This document shows positions 1 through 11,884 of a stretch of 64,000 bases of DNA, in pieces. The stretch covers positions 11,059,832 to 11,123,831 of the forward strand of contig OZ316897.1 in the NCBI GenBank assembly GCA_973895155.1. The letters run 5' to 3'. The notes beneath the pieces were generated by a model. The model made no database searches. It was not told the DNA's origin and saw only the letters and a list, made by a program, of their open reading frames with translations. How positions within the stretch are numbered: the first letter of the stretch is position 1; every line of letters begins with the position of its first letter. The stretch is from Marsupella aquatica (lineage: Eukaryota; Plantae; Marchantiophyta). The position numbers and the translations under genes were made by a program.

Positions 1-1128
1 AAAAACCAAGAAGACCATGCATCCCCATCTCCTCACAACTTTCTCTCCAATTGTGGTTCTTCTCCCCATATAGATGACGAATCAATGATCTGCCCACATT
101 CCCCTCAATGTGCATCGGATCTAACAAGTGATTAATGGGCAACTCTGACCAATATGGCAATTGTGACAATGCAGACAAACGGGTCATGCCACATTGGAGA
201 ATTTGTAATGGATCATCTGGGTCTTGAACTCTTTCCCATACCTCTCTCCAATATGTTGGATCCTTTTGCTGAGGTTGAGGACGAGTATCGGGTTGGCCAT
301 CATTAGTATCATACAAGAAATGATCAGTCCTCCAAGGATGGTCTTCTGGAAGATATTTGGTATGGCCAATGTAAACTATCTTACGCAAAGTAGTTGACTT
401 GCGTCTTGCCACACCCTCCAAATCTGGTCCGGACAAAGGGCAAGCTCTATAGCCTGATGTTTGCAATCCAGAGATATATCCAAACCCTACGCTTGATCAA
501 TACACAACCAACCAATGAAAGTAAGTTAAATGATACAAATTATAACCAACAATTAATAATTAATAAGCATGGTGTAAATAGATAGCAATGGAAATAAGGG
601 TTTAATACCCTACCTGGAAAATCATGCATGGTCCACATAAGAATGGCCTTCATGGTAAATATGTGGGATAAACCTCCAGTGTTGTCACGTCCGTCATAAT
701 AATCCCCCGAACAATCCACCCCTCTCCAAAGTTTCAAAAGCTCATCAATCAAGGGTTGCAAGTAAATGTCAATCTTTTTTACTTGCTTAGGACCAGGGAT
801 GATCATTGAGAGTAGTAGATGACCTTTCTTCATGGCCATCCATGGAGGGATATATTGTAGTTTGTGAGAACAACAGGCTATAGTGAATATGGATTAGCTT
901 TACCTACTAATGCAAAATGACTGATACCATCTGCTGCCAAGCCAAGTCAAATATGTCGCGGGTCTCAGTTTTGAATTCACCCCATCTGCCCTCTACAAAT
1001 TGATTGGCAAGAGAGTCTACCATCATCCGCATGGTACTAGAGTATGTACCCATATCCGAACGATGTTGTGAGTGCCAGACCATATACTCAGCCAACTCTG
1101 CACAACGATATTGATGGCGCAATCGAGG
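1..1128 (-). pseudogene. CACTA Tnp2 (Transposase_21-like) transposase, degenerate, 5' part deleted, runs off the window
   Basis: Motifs PRLRHQYRCAELAEYMVWH, LSMIIPGPKQVKKIDIYLQPLIDELLKLW, AILMWTMHDFPG, GYRACP and RKIVYIGHTKYLPEDHPWR are present. There is an intron at ~492-611, plus frameshifts. Confidence 0.9.
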
Positions 1129-1968
1129 GCTAAATTTCCATTCCTAACAGGGTCATCGTCAATCATCCGACAATGCCACGGTGGCCTAATGAACACCTCA
1201 TCTGGGTCTGAGTCCATCCTCAATGCATACACCCCCCAACTTGGGTGTTGACGCAACAAAATGTTCCAACTCTTTGCGTTATATACAACCCCAATATAAA
1301 GGAAAAGGTGCTCTCCATCGAAGCCACATCTCCATGGCTTTGGAGCTCGCTTTGGAGGGACAACAATGTCTTCCAAAGCATATAGACCATATCCTATATC
1401 AGCACCAATAGAGGACTCATTCACTATCCAAGGACGGCCCCATATCTCCATAGGTTCATCAATAGGAATGTAATCTGGAAATTTGAAGACACTGGGAGAA
1501 AAGTCTTTCAAAACATCTACAGCCCTGCCAGTGAGATAGGATGCTCCAAATCGACCCTCAACGCCAATGTAATCTACATAATTTGTTGGAGGACGATCAC
1601 TATCTAACACCCCCTCCCGGATGTCTATGTGGTCCATAGGCTCGTACTACCGTCTATGTCTATGAGACCGTGCTTGTGTACGTAGGACTCTTGAAGTCCC
1701 AACCTCTGGCCACTAGTAGAAACCGGGGCATTTCATGACCAGACCAGTTATGACAGGCTTGACCACCATAGTGCTTTAATAAAATGTCAGTCTTATGGAT
1801 GTGACCTCACATGACTTGACAGTCACTAATGAGTCTACATAAGATAAGACACTAGAGCTTTGAAATTATGAACAATGGATAGTCCTAGTCATGCCTAGTC
1901 TAAGTAATATAAATGCAGTTGGTCCAACCACGTCCAATATAGTCATAAATTGGCTTGAACATTCTCAT

Positions 1969-4609
1969 TGTGGGATTAATCCCGTTACTCCCACTTGGGC
2001 AACTTCCATTTTACCGTGGGTATAACCACCGTGACAGCAAACAGCAAATAGTTACTCGTAACAACAAACGGGTGGTAAAATTTTTGGAATTTTTTTGTGA
2101 GTCGATATTTTTTGACTAGCGCCCGGAGCTAGTAATAGTATCGCCTTACACTAGCCAAAAATAATTATGTTAAAATTAAATTATTTTGAAAATTGTGACT
2201 TTTAATGACACATTTTTAGATTGTCTAGTTTGCTCGTAACAGTAAATTTTTGCTTGTAACAGGAAATTTTTTGCTCGTAACAATAAATCTGTTTGCTATT
2301 TGCTGTCACGGTGAAAACCCTCTTTACCGTGGGGGTGTGGCTCATGCACATGAACACTACAAAAGACCTTCAGTGAAACAGAGTTTAATTAGGAAAAGAC
2401 TATGAAAAGTTTGCTTCCTACTTTGTGAAGGGTGTGTGCACCCCTCAGAAAGTGGCCCACAGGTCTGTTAGAGGATTTTTAGGCTTCATAGAGAGTAATT
2501 AGTATAGTCGAGACGTTGTTTTGGAGCAAGTATGAAATGGTAGAAGTGACAAAATGGTTAAATAGAAATAGGAATTAAGCTCTATGCACTTGACTTTTAG
2601 TTAGCAATAGGTGACATGAAGATTAGTGGAGAGAAAAAGAAAGATTTTTTTTCAGGCCATATTAGTATTGACATTTGATAGTCTAAATGTAAGTTTTAGA
2701 CAAGTGTTGGGATAGATAAACTAAGCTACTTAGGACTTGGGATAAATATTCTTCTTGGTGTTAGACTAGTAAGGGAATAACCAGGAGTAGTTCTAGTAAT
2801 TAGTCAAACTGCTGTAGTTGCTTGGAGATCACTCATGTAGAGGAATGAGTGAAATTTGGGGTTACACCAATTTGACTGTGCCGCTAAATTGAATAGCTAG
2901 CTTAGAGGGGGACTTAGAGGGCCTTGCTAGTACTGGCCAGTGATGAGGTGGAGAAAGGTCCAAGGGGGAGAAAATGTTGAGCCTAAAGTACAAGGGTCGA
3001 GCAGGAATCCAAGAGACCATCGAAGGTTTGTGGCTATGGAGGCAGCAGCAGATCGGGAACTGTATCTTTAGCTTCGATTGCTCATTTTTGCATTGCATAG
3101 GTGCGGTGGATTTGTCTTTGGATGCTCTCGCGGATGGCAGCTTCGATTTAGGCTTTCCTGGTACACCTCAAAGCTAGTAGAGGTCACCATTTGACCTGGA
3201 ATCCAAAATTTCCCTGCATGTAAAAGCTGCAGCAGATCGGGAGATGTATCCTAGCCATTTCTTGATTGTTTTTGGATTGGATTGGGGCATTGGATTCGCC
3301 TTTGGATACCCTTGATGCTATGAGCCAGGAATCAAGCCTCCCATCAGCTGCTCGAAGCTGAAGGAGCTCAAAGTTCAGCCCGAAAGTTCAGGATTTGGAA
3401 TAACAAAGGCCAAATTTAGTGCTACGGTTTAGGGAGCTGTATCTTTGGCATTCTACCATCATTTTTGGATTGGACAGATGGATTGGGATCGTCCTTGGAT
3501 TCCCTTAGAGGACATGCATTCGAATCAGGGCTTCAAAAGAATCGTTGGATGCTATAGGAGTTAGATTTGGGAGCCGGAAATTAGGGATTTGAGTGAGAAG
3601 AAGCCAAAATCTGAGTTATTGCTTGACATGAGGGCTAGCTCGTGGCTTTCCTTGTTGGTTGCTGGATTCCAGGGGAGTAGTTGAGGTGTCCCTGGTGGCC
3701 ATTCAGTGGAGATTGAGGTGCAGGACAAGGAGACAAGGAGAATTGATGCAAGATTGAATGTTCTGGTCAGGGAGAGCACAGTGTGACTGATTTGAGGTGG
3801 AAAATTTGTGTGCACTGCTGGTGGCTCGTGGGTGCTACTCAGGGATCCAAGGAGTGATACCAGGGCAAGTGGGCACCCCAAGGTTGAGTATTGGAGAGAT
3901 CAGAGTGCTATTGGAATCCACGAGAGAGATTTTAGGGCTAAAATGAGTGCCCAGGATACAATGTCAGAAATTACTGAGTTACTACTAGAGACCAGGGAGG
4001 AGCTACTGGAGTAAAAATTGAAGGTAGGAGCTAGGAGGAGGTACCCATGGAGGCCAAAAGAAAATTCAGCTCAGGAGTGATGCATGGAGGTTTGTGAGAA
4101 CTTACCTAGGTAGTGAGTAGGACATTTAGAATAGATGAGCTGCAAGTTAGCCAAGTAAATTTCAGTTTCACGCTTTGCAAGAGAGTAATTAGATGCATTG
4201 GATGCTGTGATAGGAGGTAGAGAAGAGACAAGGAGGAGAGCAGCTCCTGAGAGTGAGTGAGCTCTCAAGTTTCAGCTATTTAGTTGTACAAATTTTCAGT
4301 TTCAGGGGCTTGTATGTTGTTGGCTGGTGGAAGCTATGTGCATTTTCGCTCAAGCCAAGCTGATCAGCAGCTGTAGTGTCCCAACTCTAGGAAAGTAGTG
4401 TGTGTATGAGAGAGGGTTAAGCCTGGAAGATTCACCTGTGTTGGAAGCTTTGAATTGTGAGTTACATAAAGCAGCCCTCTTGACTTATCTCACTCTATTG
4501 TCCTGTTTTTGATGTTGTATATGACTGGTGGGTTTGTATTATCTTCCATTCAGTCTTATGTTGAAGGTTCAGAAGTATCAATTGGTTGTGCATAGTAGAC
4601 TGTAGCACG
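1969..4609. mobile_element. Probable solo LTR nested in the small CACTA
   Basis: Starts TGTGGG and is non-coding and purine-rich. It is flanked by the direct repeat TTCTCAT (1962-1968 and 4610-4616). The right end is CACG rather than CA, so the boundary is uncertain. Confidence 0.5.
2019..2322. mobile_element. Mutator-like MITE
   Basis: Inverted repeats CACCGTGACAGCAAAYAGCAAAYAG (from 2027; complement ending 2313). An 8-9 bp TSD TTTACCGT(G) occurs at 2010 and 2323. Confidence 0.75.
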
Positions 4610-6560
4610 TTCTCATTTGAAAATGCCGAAGTATGGATTTGGTCATTATTAGTCACAAAATGTGTCTTAAAGCCTAGTCACAGATCTGACCACTCGATTT
4701 CAATCACTTTAAATAAGAAGCTATGTCAAAATTATGACTGGCTTGATACCCCCAAAACTTTAGTCACAAGGAGTCATGGGCAATCGTAAAACCTAGTCAT
4801 ATAACACCCCGTTTTCTACTAGTGGGCCGAGATATTGGTTCTCCCTCTACATGCTCATGTAAGGGGATAGGAGCTTGGGGCTAAGAGGAGGATGGGCAAG
4901 GGGGGCTGCAAGCAAGTCTCTAGCCCTTGCTAGGAATCCTTCTAGCCACACAACCTCATCAACCAAAGGAGGTGGTGGTCTACGGGGCACCTATTTCAGC
5001 ACACAATAAATTAGTATTATTTAAATGCAAGCCAATTGGAGTTTCATGAATGGAATTAAATATTGGCCCAATTGGAGTGTCATGCATGGAATTAAAGGGG
5101 AGACATATATATTACCTGGCTAGGCAAGTACCCTGGCGTATCACCCTCATGACAGCCATAGTTCTCAAGTGCTCACAAGTCTTCCAAGCATGTCGGACCA
5201 CAAATCCCTTGCATCTCACACACTAGCAAGGTATGGGCCCTAGTAGAGCACAAGGACGCTCAGAGGGAGGGGGTGGAGGAACCTCCCCCTCTAACGAGCT
5301 CGTGTTTGAGTCTGAATCCGACGCGCGTGGAACTATCGGATGTAGACCGGGATGTAGACATCTACATATCATACTCATCCATCCAACATGTAAGGCGCAT
5401 TCAACAACTTATCATGTTTAAAACCACAATTTGAGAGATATATAAACATTAATTGCCCTACCTCAATGATACTCGTTGTCCGGGTGACCATGTTTTCTGG
5501 TAAGAGCATGTTGGCTCTTATGAAGTCAACCTTGCATGCCCATAAGTTCTACACTAAAACCAAAATAATAACTCTTGTAAGAAGGGTAGTGGGTATTAAG
5601 AAAGGTTCAGGTGAAACTAATATACTATTAAATCCTATTTCATTATACTTGCGGATTAACACCTCTCGGAAACTAATTTTTCTACAACGTATGATCCTAA
5701 TATCTCCAAGAGAAAATGAAATAGGAATGTCATCTGGACTCCTAGTATTTAATTAGATCCATGACTTTAATAGAGGACAAAGGTAATGCACTATCACTCC
5801 TCTCGCTAAAATACTATTGGGTATACTATTGGCTCATTAGAACTCATAACAGCAGCTACAAATTGAGCTCCAAAGTGATAGGTTAAATGTTGCCTTATGG
5901 ATGGCTTGTCTAAAAGATGGACTCTAACCAAAAATGACTTATGAATGGGAAGATTTGGGATATCTCTCCCTCTTGGAATCATAATGATTCTCTTATTTCT
6001 TTGCTATCCGGGCCAAAGGATGCTCCTGGACCACCTCTAAGTTCTCAAAGAGACCTTGTTTCCTAAGGTCTCATCTATTAAGTCTACCACTCATTCCTTT
6101 GCTATCCGGGTCAAAGGATGCCTCATCACTATGTACATAAAGCAAAGAATAGAAGGGAAAGATGAGAGAAGAAAAGAGGATCGCTTCGACACGGAAATTA
6201 TCAAAATGTGGGAATGAGGAGAGAATGTCCCTCACCACTTTATTTATACTGAATCCAAGAGGGCATGAATTATGCCCAAATGCTTGGATGAAAACCAAGT
6301 GGCACACATCCAACGTAGGAATATGTGATAATACTATTGTAATCAAAACAAATGATGCATGCAAGTAAAATAACTAATGCATGCACCTAAAATAATTTGT
6401 GCATGCATGCACCATGTGGCTTGCATATTTGCTCACCTTGCACGCGTATAAAATAACTAAGGCATGCAAATAAAACAATTTGTGCATGCACCTTGTGGCT
6501 TGCACATTTGCTGACCTTGCATGCACATAAAACAATTTGTGCATGCACCTTGTGGCTTGT

Positions 6561-8532
6561 TGTCAAACACTTGTCAAGGAGCTTAAGCGGCTTTTCTCCC
6601 CAAAAGACTACATAATACCTGCTCCATATCATACCAGGATCACAAAGGATTGACAAAACTTCTGAAATGTGCCTACAATGACTAATCACTCCATACATAA
6701 GTAGTTTCAACTCTCCACTTCTAGAGAGGTAGTCCCCTTGACTACTTTTGTACTCACACCCTTCCCCTCTTCTCTACTCCAAGGATCAGCAAGGGGGATC
6801 TCCGCTCCAAGCTGTCACCTTAGAGAAGAGTCTCACACAAACACCCAAGAACCAAAGTACTTTCCTCTTCAAGCTTAAGTCTCCTCAAGACCCTCAAAGT
6901 AGTGTTACCCCTCAACCTTGCCCCCTGACCTTGGTTTGGGTCCACACATTCCCTTTGAGCTCTAGAGAAGGCTCCTCTATCTAAGGACTCTTCCTCTTGT
7001 TCTTACTTCTTGTTAACACCATACACCAAGCAAAATACTTTCCACCCTCAAGCTATAATCCTCTCTAAGTCTCAAAGTAGTGCTCTACCTTAACCTTGCC
7101 TCTTGGCCTTGGTTTTGTACTGGCACATCCCCTTCAAGCTTAGACCAAGATTACATCATAGCATGGACTCTTCTCTTGCTCTCATATGCTTCAAATGCAC
7201 TCACACTTAATGGTCACAATGAAGATTGGCAAGTCTCCTTTTATTGCATCACCTTTACAACAAAAGTTCACTACACATTCTCCACACTAAGCATGGATCA
7301 CCTCTCCCTTCTCAAGCTTAGCCCTACCTTGGCAAGGTAGAGATTCCACTTAAGAGATGAGACTCCCGGTCCCTAACAAATGAAAAATTTCTCCTTATAT
7401 ACTATTCTCCTTCCCCACCACACCAAGGTAGCCCACCAAGGACCAAGGACCAAAGTAGAGGACCAAGGACCAAGGTAGAGGACCAAAGTAGCCCACCGAG
7501 GACCAAGGACCAAGGTAGCCCACCAAGGACCAAGGACCAAAATAGAAGACCAAGGACCAAGGTAGCCCACCAAGGACCAACTAACTACCAAAGTCACACT
7601 ACAACAAAAGTCCAACTAACTACCAAAGTCACACTACAACAAAAGTCCAACTAACTACCACTCCCACTCAAGCTCCTTCACCTTGTGATTGTCTGGTCTA
7701 TTCAACCATCTCCTAGCCGCCCTTGTGCTTGACTTATTCCTGCCTTGTGGTAGCCTTGTCGAAGCGTTTTTACACTTAGTCGGATTTCGTTATTTGGGAA
7801 AAACTATAATTCCCTGACCCATATTGTACCCACCGCCAAAAATCACCCATAAGGCCAAAAGGACTTTTGAGTATATCCATAGATTTTCTTGACATAGGGC
7901 TATGTCCTGGTTTACTAAGATCTAAACAAAACCCTATAACCAATTTTCTAAAATTAGGTAAAGAGGGTTAATTCTTATGTTTTCCAAAATTCTTCTCAAC
8001 TTTGAGATGCTCCCAAAAAGTAACCAAAGGTAACCAAGTTCTACCACAAGTTTCCAGGGATAGAGTGGACCATATTTAACATATTTTGCAACTTGGAACC
8101 CCTACCTTTTCCCATCAGCTATTTTTCCCGAGACCCACTATTTGGTAACTTTAAGTTTTGCCAAAATACTTACAACTCCTAGGTTAAGACCCCACTTGAC
8201 TTTGTGACTTTTATATGTGGTCTAGGGACTACCTAGCACCTATAGGGTGAGTCTTAGCAAAACTTATCGCTCAAAAGTATCGGTCATGTCTTCGGCTCGA
8301 CTTGCCGACTATCGTAACTTTTTTCCGCCCTTACCAAATAACTTACTCAACTCTTGATACTTCTTAGAGAAACATGTCCTCTCCCTCAATTTATTTCCCT
8401 ACTCTACTTCCCTAGTTATTAAGTTATCTTAAACCTAACAACTCCGCTAATCACTAAACTATGTAATTACTACTTCTTGAAAGCAAAAAACTGACGCATT
8501 TCCTACTCAAGCCTCCCTTGAGCCATTCCACA
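6561..8532. mobile_element. Solo LTR (~1.97 kb)
   Basis: TG...CA ends with a perfect 5-bp TSD CTTGT (6556-6560 and 8533-8537). It interrupts a tandem repeat in register. A homologous fragment occurs at ~23991-24205. Confidence 0.88.
7421..7660. repeat. GGACCAA-based minisatellite inside the solo LTR
   Basis: Many GGACCAA / GGTAGCCCACCAA units are followed by duplicated CAACTAACTACCAAAGTCACACTACAACAAAAGTC units. Confidence 0.9.
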
Positions 8533-9305
8533 CTTGTACATTTTTTCACCTTGCATGCACATAAAACAACTAATACATGCAAATAAAACAATTTGCACAT
8601 GCATCTAAATAATTTATGCATGCATCTTGTGGTTTGTATAGTTATTTACCTTGCATGCACATAAGTAATAGTCAAACTATTTAGTTATCCCGTAGTAAAA
8701 TAGAAACTTAATCTATATACTTAATAATATACTTAGTGATAGTGATTTCATCATGAATAATTGAATTATCATGACATCGCGCTTTGCCGTGCCTACTGGG
8801 CTGTATTCTCTACACACAAGGTGTGGGATATCCAAAATCTCTGCAGGGTGGAGATGAATATGGTTACACAAATGTATAAATGCAAAAAAGTACTTGACTG
8901 ACTTTTGGCACACGATATATCAAACTTGCCAAAGCTGACCTCAATGTTCCAAAGAAAAATGGATAGATGGGCCGGGGAATTACATCATACCTCATGGATG
9001 CGCGGTCTCACACTGTGCATAGTGCATTGTCCAAGAACAAAACCCTACCTAGCTACCCCCCTCAACCCAAAAAAAACAAACCTATCTACCCCTCAATCAA
9101 AACCTAGGTACTGCACATAAAATCCAATCACAACCATTAGCGTAACAAAGGCTTAACATTATCCTCAAAAAATGTCTAACATATCCTATGTATTAAAACT
9201 CTATACCAATAAATCCCAAAACCCCTCAAAGCCCTAAAGTCCATCAAGAGAATTGGGATCAATTATAGTAAAAGAGTAAATCTAGGTACCACTTACTAGC
9301 GAGAC

Positions 9306-11884
9306 ATGGTGGGAGGAGGATCAGGTGGTGGGGACGGGGCTAGACCCTCTCGGCCCTATCATGAGATTATGAGGGAGATTTTTATGAGTAGGGCAAAGCT
9401 AAGTGCTGAGGATGCAGAGAGAGTTGTGCCACTGACTTCTTCAGACCTTGATTGATGGATCCAGGATTGAGGCAGAGAATCGAAAGCTGCGGCTACAACC
9501 ATTGCTGTAGAGAAAACTGCAAAGAAGAAATGAAGCGAAAGAAGGCAAAGAGAGGCAGGGAAGATGGTGAGGAGTCCCTCTCTCCCCGAAAAAGAGAGAG
9601 GAAGCTTCGCAAGGCAGCTAAGGAGGCTGAGAAGAAGAGAGTGGAGGAGTTAAAGCGAAAGGAAGTTGAGAGAGCTTTGAAGCCTGAGCTAGCCCTAAAC
9701 TCAGGTGGCTCTCCAATGCCGAGAGGATACAATCTCTTTCGCAGCTAGTTCAAGCAGGTGGTGAAGGCCAATTTGGGACTATTAGATTACTGGGGAAGGA
9801 AGACTGAGGAGGAGAAAGGTCAAATTCAAGAGCAAGTGAAGGAGCGATTCAAGAATGGGGCCTACCTTGTTGACATGTTCTTGAATAAGAGGATATCAGC
9901 TTCACTCTCAGACATGCAAAATCATTAGAGAGAGAAGTTCAAGAAGTACCTTGCTGATTTGCCGATTGATTTAGAGGTGGTCAGGGAGCAGGGCTGTCCA
10001 GATGTGCTCTCCCCAGATGAGTGGGCAGCTTGGCTTGAGGAGGAATTAGCAATCCAAGCCTGGCCAAAAAAGAGACAATGGGACCACGAAATCAGCTTGG
10101 CAGAGGAGAAGGGGAAGGCTGGGGAGGAAATTGACATCCTCCCCCTCCAACAGAACCTACGGCAGCGGGGAGCTCAAGCAATACAATTAAAAGAGCCACC
10201 CAAAGACATCATCAAAGCATTGGAGCGAGTCCAAGGGCGGCCCATTGATCGTCACTCACCGCATGGGGCAAGGAGGCTCCAATTGACTGAAAGCAGAGTT
10301 TGTAAGTGCCTTCTCCCTCCTCCCTAGCTCCTCCCCCCGACCACCTGACCTTCTCTTGCAAAGAGTGACTCAATTTCTGCTGCCGAATGCCTTTATGCCG
10401 TTTCAGCCCGATGTTTTCTGCTCTTGAGATTGTTATGTCTTACACTCATCCAAAGCTTTTAGCATCGGACCCAGTATTGGACCTATTGTTATGCCATTTA
10501 GGGTTACCGGGATCCGATACTATTCTGTTGCTTTAAGTATCGGAAACAACATCGAACCCCTCGTAAGAACAACGGGTTTTCTTAAATGTTGCTCTTTCAC
10601 TTAATTAGACTTTAGGAGTAGGATAGGGGTAGGGGTTTGCATTATTCAGTACCCTAAGAAGGCATGGGACCCCTTACAAGAATTGGGAAAAGTTGGGCCG
10701 ATGCAAAGACTAGTTTTCATGCTAATGGGTTTCTTGTTTGGTATTGTGATGTGTCATGAGTAGGATTGGGGTTGACCTATGGGCCGTCAGAGAGGGGGTT
10801 AGCAAAGAGGGATCATGGACCCCGAGCTCTTAAGCTCCACCTTGAGGAGGAGCTGGGAGAGGTAATTGGTGTTGAATTGGCCCTTTATAGGTTCAAAGTG
10901 GTTTTGGTTGTGGTCAATATTAGAGAGCTTTCAAGGAACTATGTTTTCAAATGCAATTTGACCCTACTTATGTATTGTGCAGGATGAGGAGACAAGAAAG
11001 CTCGATCTGGTCAAAAAATGATGGGTTTGCAGAGTTTTCAGGGAGTAGTCAAGTAGGTTCAATTCCTAGAGTATGATATGCCTAGTTGGCTGTGGAGTAG
11101 GTTCAATTCCTACCGTATCAAAAAGAATGCATTGGATGGATGCCTAGGCATTGATAAGGATGGAGGATCTGATGAGGGAGAGGAGGGTGAGGGTGAGGAG
11201 GAGGGTGATGGTGAAGGAGAGGATGGCGAGGGAGAGGAGGGAGATGATTCTGAGGCGTCTATGCCCTTAGAGGGTGTGGCAGAGCGATCGGGGAGGGTGC
11301 CCCGAGTTACCCCTTCCAGAGCAGTCCCTCATGTTGCCCCCACATCGGCACAGAGGGGTAGGTCACATGGTGTTCATGGTGTGGCCTCCCATAAGTCGGG
11401 AGTGTCACGGAGTGCGAGGCCCGGCCCCTCAGGGGGTAGTAGAGGTGGAGCGGGATCAGGCCATCGCTCCGGAGTACTATCCGGTACACTTGGCTCTTCT
11501 CAACAAGTGAGTCGTGACATGGAGGATGGTGGTTCTAGGGGGCAAGCGCCATCACGTGAGTTTGGTGGGAGTACCGCACGGCATGGGCCACAAACAGCAT
11601 CTGCAAGGGATGCATCCCATCACTCTCACAGGTTTACCGAAGGGGGAGACGGCTCCTTCCACTTTGCCGTGTCAGGGGGTTTAGAGACATCTGTTGCGCC
11701 TCAGCATCCTAGCGGTGCATCTAGTGGATCAGGGTCCCTGCCAGCATCAGGCCAACCCACTGGTGAGCAAGTGGTTGCCACGGTTGTGGGCAGCCAGAGA
11801 GAGGAGGGGTCTTGTGTTCCTGGACCTGTACCACCCCCTTGTTCTCGCCTGAAGAAGAAGAAGGGACGCAATACACCTTTTTAG
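9306..11884 (+). pseudogene. CACTA second ORF (TnpA/ORF2-like, charged and low complexity), degenerate, about 2 exons
   Basis: It lies just inside the CACTA right terminus. Exon 1 is Lys/Glu/Arg-rich (ORFs 9452-9748 and 9959-10327). A GT-AG intron spans ~10300-10982. Exon 2 is acidic and Gly/Ser-rich and ends in an NLS-like RLKKKKGR. Stops and frameshifts are present. Confidence 0.5.

Larger units (their letters stand above)
1711..4824. mobile_element. Non-autonomous CACTA element
   Basis: Termini are CACTAGTAGAAACCGGGG and CCCCGTTTTCTACTAGTG (~30-bp imperfect TIR). A 3-bp TSD GGC sits at 1708-1710 and 4825-4827. ATGACT/AGTCAT subterminal repeats occur at both ends. Confidence 0.92.
1129..5390 (-). 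pseudogene. CACTA-borne gene with an N-terminal transposase-associated Cys/His motif and a truncated SET domain, split by the 1711-4824 insertion
   Basis: SET motifs: VNESSIGADIGYGLYALEDI, LFLYIGVVY, VYALRM, MIDDDPVRNGNLA (~1130-1440). Removing the insertion and one GGC TSD restores the frame (...GEPISR/PEVGTSR...), with one premature stop. The upstream exon (~5116-5390) encodes PC*CVRCKGFVVRHAWKTCEHL. A GT-AG intron spans 4991-5115. Confidence 0.7.
6360..8680. repeat. ~58-bp tandem repeat (CATGCACCTTGTGGCTTGCACATTTG...) interrupted by a solo LTR
   Basis: Units at ~6360-6560 resume in register at 8538-8680. Confidence 0.75.

Noticed and set aside
7373-7615. Trp/Gly/Pro-rich ORFs (LGPWWATLV repeats)
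   Set aside because: These are translations of the GGACCAA minisatellite within a solo LTR.
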